DNA of 64,000 nt, from NCBI RefSeq assembly GCF_035084215.1, contig NC_090340.1:5766001-5830000 (forward strand), given 5' to 3'. The notes below the pieces were generated by a model. It worked only from the letters and a program-made list of their open reading frames with translations, searched no databases and was not told the DNA's origin. Source of the DNA: Heptranchias perlo (lineage: Eukaryota). Made by a program: the position numbers and the translations under genes. Below are positions 22,260 through 35,656 of this stretch, one piece after another. The first letter of the stretch is position 1, and the number at the start of each line of letters is the position of its first letter.

Positions 22260-24480
22260 TTATGTGAAGAATGCTTCCTGATATCACTTCTGAATGACCT
22301 AGCTCCAATTTTAATATTGTGCCCCTTTGTTTAGGATTGTCCCACCAGAGGAAACAGTGTATCTGTATATATCCTATCGAATTCCTTCATCATTTCATAA
22401 ACCTAGATTCCTAACTCCTCGCCATCTACATTCAAGGCTTCCACAAGGCAAGTTTATGCTACTTGTTCTCATAATATAATCCTTTAAGACCAGGTATCAT
22501 TCTGGTGAATCCACGCCACCACCACCACCACACGGCCAAAAAGGCCAATATATCATTCTTGATGTTTGTTGCCAACAACTGAACGCAGTTCTCCAGAAGG
22601 GTGTTCTGGCCAAGACTCCGTACGACTCAACTTCCTCATTTTTGCATTCCCGTACCTCCTCAATTTGTGATAAATGTTAACATTCCATTAGCCTTTTTGA
22701 TTATTTACTGTACTCTTGCACCAGCTTTTAGTCATTTGTGTGCATGGACGCCCAAATTCCTTTGCCCCACCACAGTTCCAGGTTTCACTATTAAGAAAAT
22801 ATTGCGATTCGTCTTCCTTGAATTGAAAGTAGATGAACTCACAATGCCCCACATTCAACTCAATCTGCCATAGTTTTGCCCACACACTTAATCTGTCAAT
22901 GACCCTTTGTGTCTTCCTGCTCCCATTTACACAGCTTATTTTGCTACCGAATTTAGTGTTATCTGTTAACTTGGATATGCAACTTTGTATTCATTTATCC
23001 AAGTAATTGATTTCTATGGTGAAAAGCTGAGGTTTCAGTACATATCCACAGGGAACACCACTTGTTGCATTCTGTCTATCAGACAATATTCCCTTTATCG
23101 CTACTCTATGTCTGCTGCCCATCCCATTACCAACCCAACTGAAAAGGTTATGTCCAAATCCGTGTGCTTTAATTTTTGTTAATAATCTCTTGTGCAGAAC
23201 CTTATCAAATGCCCTCTGGAAATCCATATGGATAACATGAATAGACACTCCCCTATCCACCGCACCAGTGCCCTCCTCAAAACATTCAACTGCATTAGTC
23301 CGACATGAATTACCCTACACTAATCCACGCTGACTCACTTTAATCAGATCATACTTGTCCCAGTGCTCAGTCATTCTGTCCCTGACGATCAATTCCAATA
23401 TCAACCCCACAACTGATGTTAAACTGATTCTGAAGCTAACTCGTTTCTCTCTTCCTCGCTTCTTAAATAATCTTATTTCGTATGGCACCTTGAAAAGCAA
23501 TATAAAATGTCGACATCCAAATTGATAATCCACTCTATGGCCTCTGGTGATACGGAGTGAATAGAAACTATTTCCCCAGGGAAGGAATTTAGCGAGCAAT
23601 GGTTTACAAGACGTTCAAGGATTTGGATAGCAACTCCACAGTCACACATCGGACTATCCTTCATCTTGCATTGATGCAGCAAATGGTTGCATCGCCCATA
23701 TAAAATTCTGATGTTCGCAGTAACCTAGAATAATAGAGCAACATTTACAATTTTTCAATCTAACCACACAATGCCCGAATGTGCAGAGCTTTTGAAAATT
23801 GTGACCTGTGCGTTGGCAAATTCCTCACCCACTTCATTCAGTTTCCTATGGTGGAAACCATTAGGTGCTGGAGGTTTGTCTGTTAAATCCCAATACTTTC
23901 TCCATTACCAATTTTTACTTATATTAAATCCCCTTGACTTATTTGTAGGTTCCCTTGTACTGCTGTTATTTTGTCCTCTTCCTCCACTGTGAAAACCGAT
24001 ACAAAGCATAAATTGAATAAGTCTGCCATTTCCTCATTTCCATTATAGTCTCGGTTGCACCTGTCTTTAATGGACCCACGTTCCCCCACTGATTAAAGCT
24101 TTTGTTTGTTAGCTTTGATATTGCTTCCATTTTTCCCTGTTCCATTTTTGCGGTCAAAACTAATTTTGTTATTGCCATTTTTTTTGTTTTTAATACCTTT
24201 CACAGTTCGCTGAATTTCAATTTTTCCTTACATTTGTGTAAGCCTTTAGTATTAGCTGAATTCTGTCTTTTACCTCGTTTGTTGACCATGGTTGCTTAAC
24301 TACACATTGGAGCCTTTGCTTTTTCAGGGTATACACTGTTTTTATGGTGCCACGAACTTCCTTGAATACTTCCCTCTGTTTGTCTGTAGATTTAATCATT
24401 AACAGTTCAATCCAATTTACTGCCGTCAATTCTATTCTGATCGCTTCTAAGTTTGCGTTACTTAAAATTAAAACTATGGT
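22260..24480 (-). mobile_element. Degraded CR1 ORF2, minus strand, interrupted at 23472-23725
   Basis: MDFQRAFDKVLH, SGVPCGYVL, ISLTSVVG, QPWSTNEV motifs on the minus strand. Confidence 0.8.
23472..23725 (-). mobile_element. 3' end of a Vingi/Ingi-like non-LTR element
   Basis: GRCNHLLHQCKMKDSPMCDCGVAIQ.LE.LVNHC...EAIEWIINL matches the C-terminal zinc region of Ingi/Vingi-type ORFs; 3' end CCATACGAAATAA. Confidence 0.6.
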
Positions 24481-24517
24481 TTGAATCGATGGAAATACAA
24501 ATCGGGAAAGGGGGCCG

Positions 24518-24572
24518 ACTCATTACCTCCCGTTTTACACTATCGCATAGTGTAAAACGGGAGATAATGAGT
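24518..24572. repeat. Near-perfect hairpin (26-bp arms, 3-nt loop)
   Basis: ACTCATTACCTCCCGTTTTACACTAT-cgc-ATAGTGTAAAACGGGAGATAATGAGT, one mismatch. Confidence 0.9.
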
Positions 24573-24629
24573 AATGAGTAATGTTTTTGCCCAAGTTAAT
24601 AAAGAATCAAAAATTGAAAGATTGTTGCT

Positions 24630-24905
24630 ACGACTCCGACTTGTTGCACAATTGGCGGCGATGTCTTCAGGCATCTGGGCCACTCTGGAATTTCCTCCCA
24701 AAACTTCTTTGCTTCTCCACTTCCCGCTCCTTCTCGAAGACCCTACTTGAAACCCACTTCCTTGATTAAGCTTTTAGTCATTTCTGCTAATATCTCCCTT
24801 GGCTTGGAGTCCATGCTTTCGTGATTATACCTCCGTGAAGCGGTTTGGGACGTTGTCCTACAGTAAGTGTGATATATAAATGGAACTTATTGTGGTTGTT
24901 GTTGC
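24630..24905 (+). mobile_element. L2-type 3' end
   Basis: GTGAAGCG..TTGGGACGTT...ATATAAATG...(TTG)n tail, similar to the reverse complement of 46562-46690. Confidence 0.6.
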
Positions 24906-26017
24906 AGCGAATTAGGTGAAATGTGAGTTTTAATAGTGCGACATGACCAAAGACATGCTGCGGTATACTTCGGGTACACAACAAGAAAAACTCATGGAAA
25001 TTAATCGATGGTAAATGTTTGAAAGATGGCCTTATTTCGATGTCTTGAGAATCTGTAGCGTACCTGCAACCTAGAAAGTAAAAACCCACATTCTACTTGA
25101 GGGAAAAAAACTGGCAGTTGCTTGTCAAACTTTATCTTCGGTTCAAGGAAGCCCATTGATTTGAGTACTATACATCTTATTAGGAAGTATCAGCTGAATT
25201 AAACACCAGGGGAAGGCAATTTCCTACCGTCTTCTCTCGCGTTGGCAGGCACCCGTTATACGTATAAATAGGATTTTCATTGCTGCGACAGCTGCAACGT
25301 GAGAGAAGCTCTGAGGAAAGTCAACTCTGGGGGTATAGATTCCTCTGGAGTTCCCGATCTCCCACTATAATCAGTGCAATCCATGGAGAAATGAAACATT
25401 ACTTCGTTTCACCTGGTTTCGGCCAATCCTCCGCCAAAGTTATCACGGAATATCAGGAGAACGCCCATGGATGTTCTCTCCCCTCGGGTCTCTGCATAGA
25501 ATATTTGCTCTTCCTCAACTATAAATTGTTGAATTACCATATAAAATGGTACAGTTCAATAAAATATATATAATTCAATTTTTCAGCAAACGAACAAATC
25601 AGCTCAGCATTGGGAAGCACAGCCCGTGAGTGATCGTTTAGTTTTCAATGTAACTCTAATTACTTTCCTTGGCTGCTGCCTGACTGCAACTGGAAGAGAG
25701 CTCTGGTATGCCCACATCCTTGGAACTCTGAGTCAACACTTAAAAAGTTAAATGTTTAGAGAGCGAAGAGTTGCGAAACGTGTGCTCTGAAATTTTAGCT
25801 TGCGGTAAGGTAGCTTTACAAAGTGTACAGAAGCTCTTGAGCACTGCGCAAATACATTTACTATAACAGAGCATTTACTTTTCATGAGGTGTCAACGAAC
25901 GTAGTGAAACTACTCCCCTCGGGATTCTCCTTCCGCAGATACTGCACCTTGATGTACTGCAAAGGCTTACATGCTCCATTGATCCTGGGAACCATACAGG
26001 TAGGAGTCTAACTCTTG

Positions 26018-27780
26018 GTTTTTTACATTCATTCATGGGATGTGGGCGTCGCTGGCGAGGCCGACATTTATTGCCCATCATTTGAGAAGGTGGTGGTGAG
26101 CCACCTTCTTGAACCGCTGCAGTCCGGGTGGTGAACGTTCTCCCACAGTGCTGTTGGGAAGGGAGCTCCAGGATTTTGACACAGCGACGATGAAGGAACG
26201 GCGATATATATCCAAGTCGGGATGGTGTGTGACATGGAGGGGAACGTGCAGGTGGTGCTGTTCCCATGTACCTGCTGCTGTTGTCCTTCCAGGTGGTAGA
26301 GGTCGTTGGTTTGGGAGGTGCTGTCGAAGAAGCTTTGGCGAGTTGCTGCAGTGCATCCTGTGAATGGTACACACTGCAGCCACAGCGCGCTGGTGGTGAA
26401 GGGAGCGATTGTTTAGGGTGGTGGATGGGGTGCCAATCAAGCTGAATGCTTTGTCCTGGATGGTGTCGAGATTCTTGAGTGTTGTTGGAGCTGCACCCAT
26501 CCAGGAAAGTGAAGAGTATTCCATCACACTCCTGACTTGTGCCTTGTAGATGATGGAAAGGCTTTGGGGAGTCTGGAGGTGAGTCACTCGCCGCAGAATA
26601 CCCAGCCTCTGACCTGCTCTTGTAGCCACAGTATTTATATGGCTGGTCCAGTTAAGTTTCTGGTCAATGGTGACCCCCAGGATGTTGAAGTTGCGGGATT
26701 CGGCGATGGTAATGCCGTTGCATGTCAAGGGGAGGTGGTTAGATTATCTGTTGTTGGAGATGGTCATTGCCTGGCACTTGTCTGGCGCGAATGTTACTTG
26801 TCACTTATCAGCCCAAGCTTGGATGTTGTCCAGGTCTTGCTGCATGCGGGCTCGGATTGCTTCATTATTTGAGGGGTTGCGAATGGAACTGAACACTATG
26901 GAATCATCAGCTAACATCCCCATTTCTGACCTTATGATGGAGGGATGTTCATTGATGAAGCAGCTGAAGATGGTTGGGCCTTGGACACTGCCCTGAGGAA
27001 CTCCTGCAGCAATGCCCTGGGGCTGCGATGATTGGCCTCCAATAACCACTACCATCTTCCTTTGTGCTAGGTATGACTCCAGCCACTGGAGAATTTCCCC
27101 CCTGATTCCCATTGACTTCACTTTTACTAGGGCTCCTTGGTGCCACACTTGGTCAAATGCTGCCTTGGGCAGTCACTCTCACCTCACCTCTGGAATTCAG
27201 CTCTTTTGTCCATGTTTGGACCAAGCCTGTAATGAGGTCTGGAGCCCAGTGGTCCTGGTGGAACCCAAACTGAGCATCGGTGAGCAGGTTATTGGTGAGT
27301 AAGTGCCGCTTGATAACATTGTCGACAACACCTTCCATCACTTTGCTCACGATTGAGGCTAGACTGATGGGGCGGTAATTGGCCAGATTGGATTTGTTCT
27401 TATTTTTGTGGACAGGACATACCTGGCCAATTCTCCACATTGTCGGTTAGATGCCAGTGTGGTAGCTGTACTGGAACAGCTTGGCTAGAGGCGCAGCTAG
27501 TTCTGGAGCACAAGTCTTCAGCACTACGGCCGGGATGTTGTCGGGGTCCATCGCCTTTGCTGTATCCAGTGCACTCAGCCGTTTCTTGATATCACGTGGA
27601 GCGAATCGAATTGGCTGAAGACTGGCTTCTGTGATGGTGGGGATATCGGGATGAGGCCGAGATGGATCGTCCACTCGGCACTTCCGGCTGAAGATGGTTG
27701 CAACCGCTTCAGCCTTTTCTTTTGCAATCACGTGCTGGACTCCACTCTCATTGAGGATGGGGATGTTTGCAGAGCCTCAT
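26018..27780 (-). mobile_element. 5'-truncated second-family CR1-group LINE
   Basis: NYRPISLASIVSK, GVPQGSVQGP, LADDS, ILGVTIDQKLNW; co-linear with 11270-12400. Confidence 0.9.
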
Positions 27781-28899
27781 TGCCGACAATTCGAAAGACG
27801 GACGCCAGACTAAAGACAGTTCACCAGTCCTCCTGGTTGGGAGTTGTCGGTCAGGTGAACAACCTGTCCAGGTAAAAATAACTTTATTTACATGATCAAC
27901 CCAGAGACAAGATCAGTCCGTTACAGACTCACAAATATAAATGGCAACTGTGGAGAACAACGAGCTGCTGGATGTTAAGCAAGATGATACTGCGGCTGGA
28001 ATCAAATACCTTCCTCTGAGCAAACTTCAGTGGAAGAAACGCATTGTCCCGCTTGCCACTAGGGCAGGGGACTCTAACTACAGGAACTTTCACTAAACTT
28101 CGTTTCCGAGTTAGTTCATAGTCTGACTCTGTATTTACACTGACAGTTCAACATCCATTTAAAGCTATTCGCGCTTTATTCTACCGTTGAACGGGCAGAT
28201 ACACCCTTATCAACTGAAGTACTTGAGTAAATCTGCCATGAGTGCAGGGTATCACCAAGTTTTAAATGACAAACAGGAAAGATGAATAGAATCAAGAAGT
28301 AGCAATGAAGTATGCTCAAACTTTGGTTTAAAATTCTGCAGATTTTCTGAGAAAGTGGATACTGAGGGAAGTGAAGAGTTCCACAGCTTGCAAATGCTGG
28401 AAAAGATTGACTGCCCTTGCTCTCTAACCATTCATTCATACCCCATCAGTGGAGGCGTGGGACACCACGAATTTAGAGCTAAAGCTTGCATCGGGTGCCG
28501 AGACCGCAACAGAATCACAAGAGAAGTCATGTGAGCTACCTCCTCCGGAGACTCTTGCTCAGCTCCCATCAGGTGTAAGGTCCTGCGCTGATGTGGATTC
28601 AAGTTGCATTTCACTATTAGTGCTCGTGTCTGTGAAGCGAAATCATGCACCACCTAAGCTACGACTCAGTACGGCAGTCAGTATTAATATATTTGTGTTA
28701 TGATTATGATTCTGTCTGATAGAAGGGGAATGCCAAGTGAGCAAGGGATGTCAGGATAATGCAATATAAGAAGCATCAAAGGGTTTTCGAGAAAATGGAG
28801 TAGACTTTGAATACGGGCGATAGTGCAAAACGGATGACAGCGATTCGGCAACCCATTTTACATCTCTCCCGATTTTTATTATCGTTAAATCATAGAATT

Positions 28900-31330
28900 C
28901 GTGGGAAGAGGAACAGCCAGAAGCCGTGGTCCATGTGGGAACCAATGACACAGGAAGGAAAATGGTTGAAGTTCTGCAGTCAGAGTTTCAGGAGCTAGGG
29001 CGGAAGTTAAAGAGCAGGACCTCAAAGGTAGTGATCTTTGGATTACTCCCATTGCAACGCGCTAGTGAGTACATGGATAGTAGGACAAGGCAAGTAAATG
29101 CGTGGCTGGAGAAATGACGCAGTAGGGAGGGCATTAGTTTCATGGGGCATTGGGACCAGTTCTGAGGCAGGAGGGATCTGTTCAAGATGGACGGCTTGCA
29201 CCTCAACAGAGCTGGGACCAATGTCTTCGCGGGGAGGTTAACTAGTGCTGTGGGGGAGGGTTTAAACTAATTTGCAGGGGGGTGGGCACCAGAATGAAAT
29301 ATTAGGAAGAAGAAACAAGGTGAACAGTGGACTGGGAGGGGCAATTAACAATTGAGTAAATAATCGTTCAGAAATAAGAGGGATCAGAAGGGGGGAAATG
29401 TGAGGCTGTCGAAGACGAGGTTCGAGTGCATGTGCTTAAATAGACCTAGCATGGAAAATAAGGTTGGTGAGCTGCAGGCACCAGTTGCCACACGAGACTA
29501 TGATATAGTGACAATAACAGAGCCCTGGCTTAAAGATGGCGATGATTGAGTAGTTAATATTCCTGGCTACAATGTATTCAGGAAAGGTAAGGGAGGAATG
29601 AAAGGAGTTTGGGTGGCAGTATTGAACAAAGAAACTATTATAGTACTGGAAAGAGAGATGATGTAGTTGAAGGGTTAAAGTCAGAATCTATTTGGATAAA
29701 ATTATGGAACAATAGAAGAGTTATTATGCTACTCGGTGCATACTATAGGACACCAAATGGTTGGAAAGAGATAGAGGAACAAATTCGAAGGCAAATTATA
29801 GAAGAGCAGCCATAATGCGGGACTTCAATCATTCAAATATGGTCCGGGATAGTAACAGTGTAAAGGACAAAGAGGGAGAGGAATTCCTGAAATGTATACA
29901 AGAGAACTGTCTGCGTCAATGTGTTTCCAGCTCAACGAGGAAGGAAGCAGCGCTGGATCTAGTTCTGGCCAAAGTGGTGGGGAAAGTGGAGCATGTTTCA
30001 ATGGGGGAGCACTTGGAAAAATATGGGCTAATAAATGAAAGTGAGCAAGGATTTCTTCGAGGAAAATCCTGTTTGATAACTGGTTTGAGCTCTCTGATGA
30101 ATTAACGGAGTGGGTTGATGAGGGTTGTTTGGTTCATTTTGTGCACATGGACATTCAAAAGCCATTTGCTAAAGTACCACATAATAGACTTGTTAGCAAA
30201 ATTAAAGCCCATGGGATTAAGGGGACATTGGCAGCATGGATGCACAATTGGTTAAGGGACAGAAAGCAGAGGGTAATGCTGAACGGTTGTTTTACAGACT
30301 GGGGAGAAGTATACGGTGGTGTTCCTGAGGGGTCGGTATTGGACCATTGTTCTTTGTGATATATATTAATGACCTGGATTTGGGTATAGAGGGCATAATT
30401 TCAAAGTCTGTAGATGACATAAAACTCGGAAATGTGGTTAAACAATATGGAGGATAGTAGCAGACTTCAGGAGGACACAGATAGACTGGTGAAATGGGCA
30501 GACACGTGGCAGATGAAATTTAATGCAGAGAAGTGTGGAGTGATACATTTTGGTAGGAAGAATGAGGAGAGGCAATATAAACTAACTGGTACAATTTTAA
30601 AGGAAATGCAGGAACAGAACCTGGGGGCGTGCATTACTCGAATCTTTGAAGGTAGCAGGAGAAGTTGAGAAGGCTGTTACAAAAAGCATATGGGATCATG
30701 GGCTTTATTAATACTGCATATAATACAAAAGCAAGGAAGTTATGCTAAACCTTAATAAAACACTGGTTAGGCCTCAGCTGGAGTATTGTGTTCAATTCTG
30801 GTCACAACACTTTAGGAAGGATGTCGAGGCCTTAGAGAAGGTGCCGAAGAGATGTACTGGAATGGTACCGAATATGAGGGACTTTAGTTATGTGGAGAGA
30901 TTGGAGAAGCTGGGGTTGTTCCATTTAGAACAGAGAAGGTTAAAAGGAGATTTGATCGAGGTGTTCAAAATCATGAACGGTTTTGATGGAGTAAATAAGG
31001 AGAAACTGTTTCCAGTGGCAGAATGGTTGGTAACTCGAGGACACAGATTTTAACGTGATTTGCAAAAAAGCCAGAGGTGACATGAGGTAACTTATTTTTA
31101 TGCAGCAAGTTGCTATGATCTGGAATCCACTATCTGAAAGCGTGGTGGCAGCAGATATAATAATAACTTTCTAAAGGGAATTGGATCAATACTTGAAGAG
31201 AAAACGTTTACAGGGCTATGCGGAAGAAGCAGTGGTGTTGGACTAAATGGATAGCTCTTACAAAGGGCAGCAAAGGCATGGTGGGCAGAATGGAGTCCTT
31301 GTGTGCTCTATCATACTATGAAACTATGAA
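28900..31330 (+). mobile_element. CR1 copy 3 (ORF1 3' half, deleted APE, RT, tail)
   Basis: VHVGTNDTG, DGLH, GEGLN*, YYRTP, GVPEGSVL, RPQLEYCVQFW. Confidence 0.88.
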
Positions 31331-31341
31331 ACTAATCGGAG

Positions 31342-32498
31342 AATCATAGAATCTTACAGCACAGAAGGGGGCCATTCAGACCGCCATGACTGTGACTCTT
31401 GAACACGCTGTCCAATTTAGTCCCACTCAGCAGCGTTATCCACATAACCCTGCAAATCAGTCCTCTTCAATTACATGCGCAATTGTCTTTCGAAAGTTGC
31501 TATCGAAGCTGCTTCCACCATCCTTTCAGGTACTGAGTTCCAGATCTTAACAACCCTCTGTTTGAAGAAGTAGCTTCTCAAACCCTCTAGTTTTTTGCAA
31601 ATTATTTTAAATCTATGACCTCTGGTTACCGACCCATTTTGGCAGAGGAAACAGTATCTCCCTATTGGCTCTATCAAAACCCCTCAAAATTTTGAATACC
31701 TCTATTACATCTCCCTTTAACTTTCTGTGCTGTAAGTGGAATAGTTTCAGTTTCTGCAATCTCTCCACATAGCTGTAGTCCCTCATCAGTGGTATCGTCC
31801 TGATAAACCTCCTCTGTACCGTCTTCAAGGCCTTGACATCCTTCCTCAAGTGTGGTGCCCAGAATTTGCATAATACTCCAGCTGAGACCTAACCAGTGAT
31901 TTGTAAAGGTTGAGCATGACTTATTTGTTTTCGTATTCAATTTACAAAGCCAAGTATTGAATATGCTTTCTCACCCGCCTCCTTCAACGATTTGTGAATA
32001 TGCACCCGCAGGTCCCTCTGCTCTTGCATCCCACTCAAAACAGTGCTGTTTAGTTTATACTGCCTCTCCACGTTGTTCCTCTCAAAGTGCATCACTTCAC
32101 ACATATCCGCATTAAATTGCACCTTCCATGTGTCTGCCCATTTCACCAGTCTTTCTATACCCTCCTGAAGTCAGCGACTATCTTCCTCACTATTTACTAC
32201 GTTGCTAATTTTTGTATCATCCACAAACCTTGACATTTCACTCCCTATAACAAGACCAGGACATTTATATGTAACAAGACCAGCAATGGTCCGAATACTA
32301 ATCCCTGAGGGACCCCACTGCAAACTTATCTGGAGTCAGAAAATGAAAGCTATTCGCCACTATTGTCTGCCTCCGATCCCTTAGCCAATTGCTTATGTTA
32401 TGTGGTACTTTATCAAATGCGTTTTGAAAGTCCATGTATACAACGTCTACTGCATGAACTTCATCAACCCCCTCTGTTACTTCAGCAAAGAACTCAAT
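31342..32498 (-). mobile_element. CR1 3' part, tail-to-tail with copy 3
   Basis: YMDFQNAFDKVPH, KWADTWKVQFN and TRGHRFK on the minus strand. Confidence 0.85.
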
Positions 32499-33899
32499 GG
32501 AGTTAATGGAGGGAAGCAAAACGTGCTGCCGATTCGCTATCACCCGATTTACACTATGCCACAAAGTCAAAATCTACCACAACATGTCTCTTTTTCAGTT
32601 TTTTATTATTCTGGTATGGTGTGATGTTTGTAACCATGCAAAATTGTCTTGTATTCCAGAATAACAAATAAGTACCAATCACATTTCAATGAAAATGGAG
32701 TGTATGTGGTGTGACATTGCCATATACTGGAGTAGTAGCACATAACAAATAAAGTTCGCATGGAATTCATCTCAGAATTAATCGGTTCAGAGTACGTAAT
32801 ATGACATTACCTGTCTCGGTATATAAATAGGCTCACTTTCAGTAATTTTTTGGTATTTGGTGCTGAGAACTCGCCTGAATTGGTTAGTAGTTTGCTCAAT
32901 CCCGACAGATATCCAACTGACATATGAGCTTGTTTCTACTTTTTGTTAAAATTAATAAAACCAACGTGTTGATCTATATCTGGCGTCCGAAACTGCATAA
33001 TTTAGTGTAACTGACTCGGTTGATCTAAAAAACCCTCTCCCCAGTCCATGATCCTCTTGTTTTCTCTTGGCTGATGAATTTCCTCCCCGGCATTAACGTT
33101 GTATAAATGGCCGTAGGAATTGTTTTGAGCAGGGATAATTTGGAAGAAAACTTGTCCGCCCTTCATGCGTCTTAAAAACACTTCCTTTCCCCTGTTTCCT
33201 CGTTCTCTGAGCCGTCCCAATCGTCACTGGTCTCCTTTGTATATGTCAGAGTGAGAACAAGTGCCATAGCATTGTCGGGTTTCCTGGGTTTACACTAATA
33301 CTGCAGACTGCGTACGTTAGACTAAGATTTATGAGGTGTAGCAGCCATTAGAATCATCTGATCAAGGTAGTAGTAATGAGTTGATGAGCATGAACAGTCT
33401 GGAGAGTTTAAAAACAGACTTTCGCCGCTGATCATAGCGTGAGCCCCCTGGTAGTCTGCTCTGGCCTCCCACATTCCACTGGCGTGGTGTTCCTTGGGGG
33501 AGGCCTGAGACCTGGCTTGTGCTGCTGCCCTGAGAGATGGCAACATTAGGCAGGTGGATTCAGCCATCTTCATTCCACTGGGACCTAGACCTGAGGACCC
33601 ATTGATCGGCTGGGTTGGCTGGCCTAATGGGAACTATCAGATCCTGAAAGCCCTGAGAGATAACAGCCGCCCACAGTCTTAAAGCTACTCTTAATGTTGC
33701 ATTGTAATCTGTCCCTTGCTACCTCCTGTGCTTCCCTAGAGGTATCTACAGGTCTTTGCCCACTTCTTAGCAGGCGATCTACTACAGATTCCAGTGAAGT
33801 TGCTATTCGCTTCATTGGTGCCTACAAGCAACAGAAGTTTACATGACGTTGCTATCAAGCACAGCTGTAGACTCGAGAGTCACACCTGTCAATTTCTGC

Positions 33900-34985
33900 A
33901 TATCTTCGGACCTGTAAGCAGGTATAATATTCCTCAAACGTCCTTCTTTTCAGCTGTCCAAGCATGATTTCTGGGTCCCACACATCTGAAGCCCTTGCTA
34001 CCCTCCTTCTCAGCCTTCACTGGGAAGGTCTCACGTCATCATCCACCGCCCACTCCTCCACACACCCTGTGGTCTTTGAAAGACCCTTGCCAGTTTCTCA
34101 CCACTCCCTCTCTTATACCTCCAGAAGAAAGTATTTCAGCTGGTGCCTGGGAGCTAGTTGGAACAGGTTGGAACAGAGGAATATGGAGCAGGACCTTGCA
34201 GCTGCACGAGGAATGTGTCCAGCTTCTCATCCTCCTCTTCCTCATCATCGACATTGGCAAAAACCACGATGGAGAAATATCTTGCCAGCACTTCATCCAC
34301 CTCCTCCGCCTCCTCATCGTTATCACCTTGCTGTTCCGATGTCCCTCGTTGCTGCGGTGATCTGCAGGAAAGGAGGGTAGTATGTAAGAATGAATAATCA
34401 TTACGCACGAGGGGTTCTGGAGAAAACGAAAGCGGGTCGGGCAGTTATGTCCCTGTGGTGATTCACGGGAATGTGAGGGTGACAGTGTAGGTGTTCAGCT
34501 AACCTGATGTTAGCAAAATGTCACTGACCTTGCCATCTTCAATGGAAAGAGGAGAGTGAGTGCCCACTAGTGCCACGATTTTTCCCTCGTAGGGAACGAC
34601 AGGTTTACAGGTGTTGGTGCCCACACTGGTGGTCTGCCTTTGGCGGTTATTGTACGTCAATTTGTCCTGCAAGAAGATAGAGTAAATATGGATAAGAGTG
34701 ATAGTTGACGACGATGTGCCAAGTGGCACGAGATAGTTCAAATAAGAGATGTGAAGGTATGAGGTTATTAAAGTGGAGGAAGGAATGCAATAAGTAATTA
34801 GAGTAAAAGGATCTGCGTAGCCGTAAAGCATTGTACAGAGTTGGAAACGCCCTGAACCGGATAACACTGACTAAGAGGGTGAGTCGTGTTCTGGCGCCCA
34901 ATAGCCAAGGAAGGTAAAGATAGAGTGTCAAGTGTGCTTCCTTGTCAGCCCTGGTGAGGTTGTTGATCTTTCTGCAAAACAATTC
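33900..34985 (-). mobile_element. Degenerate spliced Myb/SANT-like gene of a PIF/Harbinger transposon
   Basis: CRKINNLTRADK (end of Myb/SANT helix 3); exon 34504-34666 DKLTYNNRQRQTTSVG... with AG/GT ends; then an acidic exon from 34361 (DNDEEAEEVDE...DDEEEEDE). The 5' part is cut by a CR1. Confidence 0.55.
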
Positions 34986-34994
34986 AACAAACAG

Positions 34995-35656
34995 TAGCAA
35001 GCGGTTAGGAAGGCGAATGGTATGTTCGCCTTCATTGCAAGAGGAATTGAGTACAGGAGATGGGATGACCTACTGCAGTTATACAGGGCCTTGGTGAGAC
35101 CACATCTGGAGTATTGTGTGCAGTTTTCGTCTCCTTATCTGAGGAAGGGTGTCCTTGCTATGGAGGGAGTGCAACGAAGATTTACTGGACTGATTCCTGG
35201 GATAGCAGGACTGACGTATGAGGAGAGATTGGGTCGACTGGGCCTATATTCACTAGAGTTTAGAAGAATGAGAGGTTTATCTCATCCAAACATATAAAAT
35301 TCTAACAGGACTAGACAGACTAGATGTAGGGAGGATGTTTCCAGTAGCTGGGGAGTCCAGAGTCAGGGGTCACGTCTCAGGATACAGGGTACGCCATTTA
35401 GAACCGAGATGAGGAGAAATTTCTTCACTCAGAGGGTGGTGAACCTGAGGAATTCTCTACCACAGAAGGCAGTAGAGGCCAAGTCATTAGATGTATTCAA
35501 AAATGAGATAGATATATTTCTTAATGCTAAAGGGATCAAGGGATATGTTGAAAAAGCGGGAACAAGATACTCAGTTTGATGATCAGCTATGATCATTTTG
35601 AATGGCGGAGCAGGTCCGAAGGGCCGAATGGCCTACTCTTGCTCCTATTTTCTATG
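34995..35656 (+). mobile_element. CR1 3' fragment
   Basis: MFAFIARGIEYR...RPHLEYCVQF; closely similar to 14235-14870. Confidence 0.9.

Noticed and set aside
25587-25625. 39-nt AG/GT-bounded plus-strand segment as a micro-exon
   Set aside because: No partner exons or recognisable peptide; chance splice-like sites are common.
32811-32874. Minus-strand segment encoding ...SEPIYIPRQ as a tyrosine-motif tail exon
   Set aside because: Weak acceptor and no linked TM or Ig exon found.
34158-34397. Ser-rich plus-strand ORF
   Set aside because: Reverse complement of the acidic exon of the Harbinger-like remnant.
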